Source: Harriotta raleighana (Eukaryota). Taken from it: a DNA stretch of 64,000 nt. This document shows, piece after piece, positions 55,608-64,000 of this stretch (its first letter is position 1; every line of letters starts with the position of its first letter). The stretch is taken from contig JBNZDD010013732.1 in assembly GCA_050575255.1 (NCBI GenBank), forward strand, positions 19,313,608 to 19,377,607, in the 5' to 3' direction. Below the pieces are notes generated by a model. The model was not told the DNA's origin. It made no database searches and worked only from the letters and a program-made list of their open reading frames with translations. The position numbers were made by a program, and so were the translations under genes.

Positions 55608-55926
55608 GGAGCTCCTGTGACTGAGTGGTTAGAGCACTCGCCTTACAAGCAGGAGACCTGTATACGAATCCAGGCAGATCAGGGCGAAACCATGGGCAAG
55701 TTTCTTTACTCCACATGCCTAATAATAATCCCTCCAAAATATCCACAATAATAAAATTGGTCATTTCAATCCGCGACTGTTTGTGGGACACTGCTGTGCG
55801 CAATTGGCTGCCGCGTTCTGCCCACAAATATTCAGTCAATTCACTTTACAGTATATTCTGTGAAGCTCTTTGGGACGTTGATAAGATGTTAAAAGCGCTA
55901 TATCAAATGCAAGGATTATTATTATT
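55608..55926 (+). mobile_element. Near full-length tRNA-derived SINE with Deu-like core and L2-type tail
   Basis: tRNA-like head (ctgagtggttagagcactcgcc..gaatcc with A/B-box-like motifs), core tgtttgtgggacactgctgtgcgcaattggctgccgcgtt, tail aaaagcgctatatcaaatgcaaggattattattatt. Confidence 0.9.
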
Positions 55927-58900
55927 AATTCTATCTCTTAGAATTGAGAGATAGTGGACAGGCCTTTACTCCCCGAGGCTGACAAAGGCTATGTGGACAG
56001 GCACTGATTGGGATAAATGATAAAAGAGATTGAGGCCAGCAAACTAGTTGGCTGGTAACAAAATACTGTTTTTTTCACACCTGTGTAATTGACTTGCCTG
56101 AGCAATTCCTAAAATGTGTGTACATCCCCCTTGAATGGAAGGTTTGATGACATTTCTCTGTCTCCTAGCTGTCAGAGATTCTAAATCAAAAGAATTTGTC
56201 TATTTTTAAACTAATTTGGAACTAAGAACTGTCCTTGAATGTTCAACAACTTCATCTAAAGATGGTGGTGGAGGGGGTGTGTGGGGGGAGGAATAGAAAA
56301 ATTCATTCTCCAACAAGCCTGTTTTATGGGAAAATAAAAGTAAAACCAGGCTAACATCTGAAATGCCTTATGTTTGAACGAAGACTAGTCCTGGTGTTAG
56401 CTGGTAAATGCTTGGTCTCACTTCTACCTTAATGATCACAAAACAAAATGCAACAGGACATTGTCAGGTGTCAATTGTGTAGTTGGGAATNGAAGACTAG
56501 TCCTGGTGTTAGCTGGTAAATGCTTGGTCTCACTTCTACCTTAATGATCACTAAACAAAATGCAACAGGACATTGTCAGGTGTCAATTGTGTAGTTGGGA
56601 ATTGGTTGTAGGGTTGAAGTTACTTCCATTGCTTTCTCCACATCAGGACTCAGTTAAAATGCAGGCTCTCCATCTCTTGCTTTTCGGAATTGTTAATCCA
56701 TGTGTACACGCAGGGAGAAATTTCAAACAATACTGCATGAATGAAGTGCTTGTGTGCAACCATCAGAGGTTGCCAACAGTGCAGAGAAAGTGTGACGAGA
56801 GAGAGCACATTTACTGTAATGCTGACCACTGCTGCTCATCTTCACTGCTGTGAACGAAGCCGTATGGTCGAAAGGCTCCCAGTCAAGTGTTGCGCTGTAC
56901 AATCAGGAAAAAACANAGCAGCACACCCAAGCTCAAGTTCTCAAGTCCCAGGAGATCGATGATAGTCTTCCTGTCTGAGTGTAAAACGTGAAGTAGGAGG
57001 ATCAATCCTCTAGCATTTCCATGTTGAATACTGGAGCAGTTCTGCCTTGTTTCTAAGAGGTTACCTCCCACATAGACTGCACAGTTGTTGCTCTTCTCTT
57101 GTGGCAGATGTTGTGTAAGAATGTTTTAGCTGTGGAAGGCATGCATCAGCAAATCTGCCAGGNGCTCAAGTTCTCAAGTCCCAGGAGATCGATGATAGTC
57201 TTCCTGTCTGAGTGTAAAACGTGAAGTAGGAGGATCAATCCTCTAGCATTTCTATGTTGAATACTGGAGCAGTTCTGCCTTGTTTCTAAGAGGTTACCTC
57301 CCACATAGACTGCACAGTTGTTGCTCTTCTCTTGTGGCAGATGGCGTGTAAGAATGTTTTAGCTGTGGAAGGCATGCATCAGCAAATCTGCCAGGCATCC
57401 GTTGTAACCATTCAAATAGAAAGACCCTGTAACCCATCATAACTACCTTTGCTTGATTGAAAATATATAAAATTGAGTCTGGTTGTTGTGGCTGACATGG
57501 ATAGATAGCACAAGATAGCAGATGTATTTCTGAGGTAAAATGTGTTACCACAGAAACAATGGGCAGGGTTGAGGGTTCCATTTGCTGGAAGTATTTAATG
57601 AAAAACCTCGACATTCCTGCATTATTTTCCAGGTGACACAGAATGCATTTGGTACAATCCAAATCAGAGTTAACACTATTGATGTTAAACTCTAATATTA
57701 ATTTTCTGTCACTCTATTGCCAATCATTCAAAATTAGCTAAATATTTTTATTAATTCTTTTATAATGCAGTCAATGATGATTGGTATACATCTTGCAATT
57801 ATAAAACTCAAGGGTCACATTTGTTTTTATAAATTGAATTGTGTCCATTTTAAATGCAAGGGTAGAATCTGGATTACAATAAATTTACATTTGATTAATT
57901 TTTCTCAAAAAAGTTTCACATATTTTGGAAACAATCTAGAAATGACTCTCACCCATCTGACTGATGGTCTACCAAAGGCTTTCAAAGTTTTTCTTTGAAT
58001 CTCTGTATGGAAATATTGAATTATGATTGAGATACGATTGTGTTAATTTGTCTTTTGTAAAGGTTTTCATTCTGAATGGTGAGTTCCTTCGACATAATCA
58101 TCATCAAGGTACTCAGCAATACAACTCTGAATGATCAGATGGAAAAAAATCAACCAAGAAGCTGATGATTTTGAACTCTTTCTCTCCACCCACTCACTCA
58201 AATCCCCCATGGGAACATATGATCCATATATGTATGATCTTCTTGATCTAGCTGTCTGTGAATGAGTACTGGAATTAAAAAATAATAGCTGTGTTTGATA
58301 CAGAGCCTTACCATCAACAACAACACAATTATATTTATAGAGCGCCTTTCACATCGGGAGGATGTCCCAAGGACCACGTCGGAATATCTGCAAGTGCTTC
58401 ACGTGAGTGACACTTTGGCTCTGATTTTTAGGCCACTCATGAGCTACGAGGCTGGCAGTTCAAAACTCAGCTGCTCAAGCCGCAGTTTTTTTCTTCTAAG
58501 ATTTTTGAATTGATGGCGATTATCCTATCAAGTAATCTAATTTATAAAATAATCCGCAGGTATTTTTTTGCTTCCGTGGTACACAGTTGATTCTTTGGCA
58601 TGATTTCAAAGTCCCAATTATATTTGCAGAAAAAGATGTACAATTATCCAAACTATTTCTCTATCCCATCATTCTTAACTTACAACCGATTCTGAAATTG
58701 CTAAGCATAATTACAATATGAGCTCCTTTTAAAGGTCATTGATATGGAGTGGATGAGCAGTCTTGAAACAGGATGTTTAAGACCCTTGTGTATGTTGTAC
58801 ATATTGCTGCTCTGCAAATACCTTATTTGCATATGCTAGATCTATCGGTCAACGATTTTGAAAAAAATTCTTGTCTACATTCTGGTTGACGGTGTATCAC

Positions 58901-59389
58901 AATTATGAACTGCTGTGTGCAAGGCACCACATAAATCTGTAATCATGGAATTGTCATTCGTCCTATAGGTGAATTATGAGTTCAAGGGAAAAGTCATAAT
59001 GTGCTGATGAAGTATTCCCCTTTTCATTTGGTCAGATTTAACTGGGGGAAAAAAATTAAGGTTCGCTGGCTGGCTGGTAAACACAAGGCTGATCTGTGAG
59101 TGAGCGTGCATAAGCAGCTTTCAAATTCCACAGGAACAGCTAAATCAGGCTGAGACACTAGATTTACAGGTCATCCAGAAACTCTGATCTAGAACAATAA
59201 TAATTTGCATTCTATCGCAAAAGGAACAGTACCAGAGATTGCACAGGGAAGAAATCAATTTTATTTATATAAATGCTTGCACCTATATCTTACTCTGAAA
59301 AATAAATTAAATCATATCAGTGGTTTCTCTTTTATTCTTCACCTGCAATACAGTTCTGTACAATAGTGATAGTCTTTTTTCAAACTTAC

Positions 59390-59430
59390 CTTGACTCCAT
59401 CAGTTTTCTTGTTCAGCAAGTTCTTTGCTG
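59390..59430 (-). CDS. CAMK2G: CaMKII linker exon (A)AKNLLNKKTDGVK, 41 nt
   Basis: gtttttacag|CAGCAAAG...GTCAAG|gtaagt. Homologous to AAKSLLNKK.DG.K of beta/gamma. Has a NAGNAG acceptor. Phase 1 to 0. Confidence 0.93.
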
Positions 59431-61455
59431 CTGTAAAAACAGATTTAAGAAAATGTAAATGTTGCATGGATTTAGTTTTGTGAAGTTAAATTACAGTCAT
59501 GACAAATTTGACTACTGGAGAAAAAATATTCTTTTGAGTTGCAGAATGTGTTAATAGAATAAGGAAGCTCGTTACTGTTAAAGCAAATTACAAACTGAAT
59601 TGGGAGCTCACACACACTCGGTCAGGTAATGGAAGTTATTGTATGGCTCTTACCTTGGTGTATTACACAGTGAAAAAAGGAAAGAAATATAGAGGAAAAA
59701 GAATGATGGTTGAGTTGTATTCTTTGGTATTGCAGTTTGTTTCTCAATGTAATCGAACATCATTCCATTCCAAATGCATGTGCATTGTGTGTCAATTGTT
59801 GGGAGATGGCGTGAGAAGAGGACATTGAAAAGTACATGCTGGGCGTGTCCTGCATTACATTATACATTCCATAACCCAGAAATGGAGTGGATTCCATGAG
59901 TGAAATGTCCCAACATGGGTATGGATTGCAGCCGCTGTGCTGGCATACAGGGTACATCTCTGTTCCGTAGGGGGAGAGCTGTACTAAATTCTGAGAGGTG
60001 TTAGGCAGGCAATCAATCCTCATGCAGCTTGAGCACGCAGAGGTGAGTGGAAGCACTAGTTGAATGAGATGAAGCCAGTGCAAGATCAGTGCATGTGGCA
60101 AATTAAAAAGGATCTTCAGTTGGAAGTTTTTCAGATTTTTTGCAGGTTGTTGCAACATAAGTCTTTTAGAATGAAGAGTACATTGAAGCACTTCCTTCAC
60201 AACCCCAGAAAAAAAAAGGCTATATCATACCGTGTCAGGTATTTCTCACATCAAGGTGAAATACATCTATAGGCAATAGCACAGATAGTAAGAGACCACC
60301 TTCACAAAACATGCCTAGTTGGGAGTTACTGAAGCATCTCATACACATACACTTTGTAAAGGAGAATGACAGTGATTGTAGGCAGATAGTGACTTCGTAA
60401 AATATTCTACGGGCTTGTGGCTCCGACCTACCTCAGGTCTGAAGCAATCTGCTCTTTGTTTACAGTTTACGTCTTGAAGCTTGCAGTAATGATTCATTAA
60501 AGAACACTTTGAAATACTCATCATTTATTTACAATCCCTTCCTCTAGGCTCTTCGATAAGAGTTATCTTTCACTGACCACTAGGCACACCAGAGTGCACA
60601 AAATCTCTGCAGTTATGTATAAAATGTGTAGATATGTGTAAAAATATCCATCGTGCCGTTTTCTGCTTGGAAGGAGTGACAGTAACCAAAAGAGTGCTTT
60701 CTGTATTCTGGTAGGAAATTATAGACCATTGTAGAAGTCCCTGAAAGTGTTTGAAAGTACAGTATATAGGATGAGATTTTGAGTTTGAAGTGTATTGATT
60801 TAGATTGTACTGTATAGGTTACTTTATATAATACAACTGGTCCTTCTTTTGTATTTAACTTTCTGAAATTGTTATCGTGATGTACTTGTTTTGTTACAAA
60901 TACAGCCTTTTTTTCCATTGATGGCATTAAGATGTTTTAACGCTCTTTCGGTCATCTTTCTCCTTCCCAACTCAACAACTCTCACCCCAGTCTCCAGCAC
61001 TAAGCCATTATTGTTAAGTGCCATGGAATTGATTTGAAAGGCTCGTTATAAATGTAAATTTATATTATATTAGAAAAAGATATCTTCTCCCTGTTTTCAC
61101 GCAAGCACCGTCTGCATTTTGTATTGGGCGTATTCTGTCCTGTGCAGGAATGGATTTTCAAGTACCAGTGTTAAAGCAAATAACAAATTCCTCCAATTGG
61201 AGGAATGGGGGAGGTTGTGAGGGTTCTTGGGAGAATGTTTCCCTAGAATAAAACGTACTCTACCCAGACAAAAAAATTATTGGGTGCCACTTAAAAAGAG
61301 AAAAGTGTCTGAATTTGTTTCTCATGAGTTATTTTTGTAAGAGGAAGCTGGATTTAAGCAATGATGGAGGATGGTCTGGATGAAAAGTCATTCCGAGTTA
61401 GGTGAAGTGCTCAGTGTGCATGCTGCTTTTCACGGTGCCGTTCGACACCACATAC

Positions 61456-61518
61456 CTTGCTCAGCCAAACCAGCAGCAGCTGAGGCCGCCCCAGCTGGAG
61501 CAGTGGACTGCCTGCCAA
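61456..61518 (-). CDS. CAMK2G: CaMKII variable linker exon (V)GRQSTAPAGAASAAAGLAEQ, 63 nt
   Basis: cttcccttccaatag|TTGGCAGG...GAGCAAG|gtatgt. Symmetric phase 1. Resembles the gamma VGRQSSAPA.. and beta VGRQTTAPA.. exons; the 63-nt length is gamma-like. Confidence 0.9.
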
Positions 61519-63395
61519 CTATTGGAAGGGAAGTATTTAGTGACAGGAGCCGCAAAGGCCCAAAGATAAAAAGAGGAACAGCAAAGCCCCGGTGCTCTTT
61601 ACCGACTGAACACCTGCTGAATCACATCCATCCTGCAACATTCCACTTTTTAGAAAATATATATTTCACATAAGGAAATGCCTAAGGCAAAATTACATGT
61701 TAAAATGGGTGCTCTTGAGAGGTTAAGATGTAGGTATGTTCTTGAGTGGTATTAATCAATGAAATGTACATCTAACAGAATTAGCTGTTCACTGCAGGAA
61801 CTGACTCAAAGAGGGGAAGCTCCAGGCAGCAATGTAACTGGATATCTGCTGCAACGCAATTCAAATCTCAGGATCATCTGTTGTAGGTAAAGTCGATACA
61901 AATTAGCAGGGTTAATGCTTCCTCTCTGCAGTAAGGTGCTATGTTTCTTTCAACCAAAATACCAGAAGAAACTGCCTTCAGAAGTGAATGCTCTTTAGCC
62001 TGCACTGTTTTTTATCAGCAACGGTGACCTTTGCCTTTGAAGAGATATTATCTTCATGTATTTTCAAACTGTGTTTGAAAGACTTTATTTTTGATTTGAA
62101 GTATCGGAAGTGATATAAATAGCGTTAAAACTCACTAGTGCTCCATGAGGGAGAGCTTCTCTGCATTTTCCTCCACCCCTCCCTCCCAGGAAAAAGAACA
62201 TAGCAGAAAGGTTTGCAAAACACACCTTCATGAACACAATGCTCCTGTAATGTCGCCTCACTAATACTGCATTAACTTTCTGGTGTTGCGGATTTGCAGC
62301 GCTGCCTTCAATGGCAGCCTTGCAAAATAAACAGGACGGTGTCAGTCTCCCCAGAGGCACAGAAGCCCACCCGAGGGGTAATTTTCTCCATGTCTCTTAA
62401 AGCACCAACCTTAAAAGGGTCCACCCTGTTACATCTTGCCTGCACTTGTAGCCATTTTATTCTACAGATCAGCATTGTAACTACAAGGCACGTAGAAAAC
62501 TAAGATCCAAAGTTGGGGTGAGCTGGCCCTGCACATGAGAGTTCTTCTATTACATCAAATTAACTCCACAGTGTAAATGGGGAGAAATTATCAGAGATGG
62601 CAGGACAAGACAAAACATTGCTGTCTCTGCTGAAGTGGCTGTGCAAAGCCCTTGTACAACAAAAATCTAATGTGACATTATGAGGCGAGTATCCTGGCAG
62701 TTTAACACACCCATTTTGGGCAACTTGTAGTGGTTCATAGCCATCACCCTGTTTTCTAATTGGAGAACATACTGGTTCATTACTGAGATACTGAAGTTTC
62801 AACAGGTTTTGAGAAATATACATGTCCTCAGTGCTAAGAAGAGTTTCCCTTTCACAGTATCATGTGAAATCTAAAGTGCTATTTGCTTTGGGTGTATGCT
62901 GCTGAGAGTCGTTGCTTCTTTTCACAGGTTCTCACACACTTTAATGTGTCATTTAGAAAGTATTTGGCACTGTGTAGAGACAAATGTTATCAATCAAACA
63001 CAACTTCTCAATGAAACGAAGTCATTTATGTTGTACACTTACCTGCAATTTTTACAATGTTTTATTATTTGAAACAGTTTGTTATTAGTGAAATTTTGGG
63101 GGAAAAAAAGTGGTCCCAATTAATTCACAATTAACACATAAACATTTCTTAAGAACAGAGAAACATTTAGCTTTTTTTACTGAGGACCTTATGCAAAATT
63201 ATTATTACTCTCTTGGCCTTCTCAATACTGAATATGAAAAACAATGTGTCACATTCATTATTATAAATATATAATGCTGGTAGTTATTATGTCCATGTGT
63301 GGTTGATTTGTTCATATATACATTAAAGTTACTTTTATATGGCAAGTGATACACAAAACAATCTGCTTCAAAAATGTTGATTTATACAGACCTAC

Positions 63396-63438
63396 CTGAA
63401 AAGTTTCTTGTAGCTAACATTGTAGTAAGAATTGCCCC
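63396..63438 (-). CDS. CAMK2G: CaMKII exon, end of regulatory/CaM-binding segment (GAILTTMLATRNFS), 43 nt
   Basis: Minus strand ttttctgttcag|GGGGCAATT...TTTTCAG|gtaggt. Translation is the hallmark CaMKII segment carrying the inhibitory TT autophosphorylation pair. Phase 0 to 1. Confidence 0.95.
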
Positions 63439-64000
63439 CTGAACAGAAAAAAATTGGTTAGTGAATCTTTGACATGTCGCATAATAACCTGCACTTGTTA
63501 ATTTGGGTAAGGAATCTGTCAAGAGTTTGACAGCAGAGAAAAAGGATTTGGACCTTAACCAGAAAAAATGAAACTCAACCAATTTATTATTCGTTATTAT
63601 TCACAATTTACTTCTTCAAAATTACTTATGAACCAAAAGCTGTCAAAAGAGACTGTGTTTCAAGAGACGCCTTAAAGCACTGGACTCCTTGAATAGTTCA
63701 ATTCTACAAATCTGAAAAGTAAGTCCAAATTGACCTTTTCTACTCACAACCATTAATTCTGCAATCTCTATTCTCATTTATCTTGCTCTATTTGGCTCAA
63801 AGATTCAATTGTGTATAATTAATCATTTAATCAGTTTCCCAACATTTCATAATTTCAGCTCAGCTATCTCTACGCAGCTCTAACTGACTTGACTGACTGA
63901 TTTCTCAGTTATGTTTATGAGCTAGAGACCTGTAGAGACTTGTTCTTGGCAGCTCGCTGATGAGGGTGGACAAAAATAGAAATGACAGGGGTGATCCTCT

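Noticed and set aside
55608-55690. tRNA-like sequence (also 33810-33883)
   Set aside because: It is the head of a SINE, continuous with the core and tail, not a tRNA gene.
56381-57395. Two tandem duplications (~110 bp and ~230 bp)
   Set aside because: Each pair is joined at a single N and is nearly identical, so these are probably assembly overlap or haplotype artefacts.
63036-63060. ttgcag|GTAAGT resembling a recursive splice site
   Set aside because: Upstream sequence is A-rich with no pyrimidine tract, the intron is short, and the phase-1 frame has a stop just upstream.

Overview
Vertebrate (eukaryotic) genomic DNA, AT-rich and repeat-laden. The L2/CR1 LINE fragments and tRNA-derived Deu-domain SINEs suggest a cartilaginous fish such as the elephant shark; this is an inference. 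The main content is the 3' half of a Ca2+/calmodulin-dependent protein kinase II gene on the minus strand, most likely CAMK2G. I traced ten coding exons with GT-AG sites and consistent phases from 63438 down to the stop at 25472: the end of the regulatory segment, six linker exons including the KRKS NLS exon, and three hub-domain exons. A terminal 3'UTR exon follows (about 25016 to 23545). The kinase-domain exons lie beyond the right edge. Positions 1-23 kb are intergenic or intronic, with satellites, retroelements and a few candidate non-coding exons. Apart from the CaMKII exons and decayed L2 fragments, the ORF track looks like noise. I found no convincing novel multi-gene system. The best leads are candidate unannotated CaMKII linker exons (a 12-nt microexon, an alphaKAP-position donor, a possibly decayed gamma-type exon), an inverted pair of Tigger-like elements bracketing one exon, an 81-nt near-perfect palindrome, a set of ~55-nt tail-only L2 retroposons, a templated insertion inside a SINE, and a possible antisense spliced transcript next to an RFX X-box.
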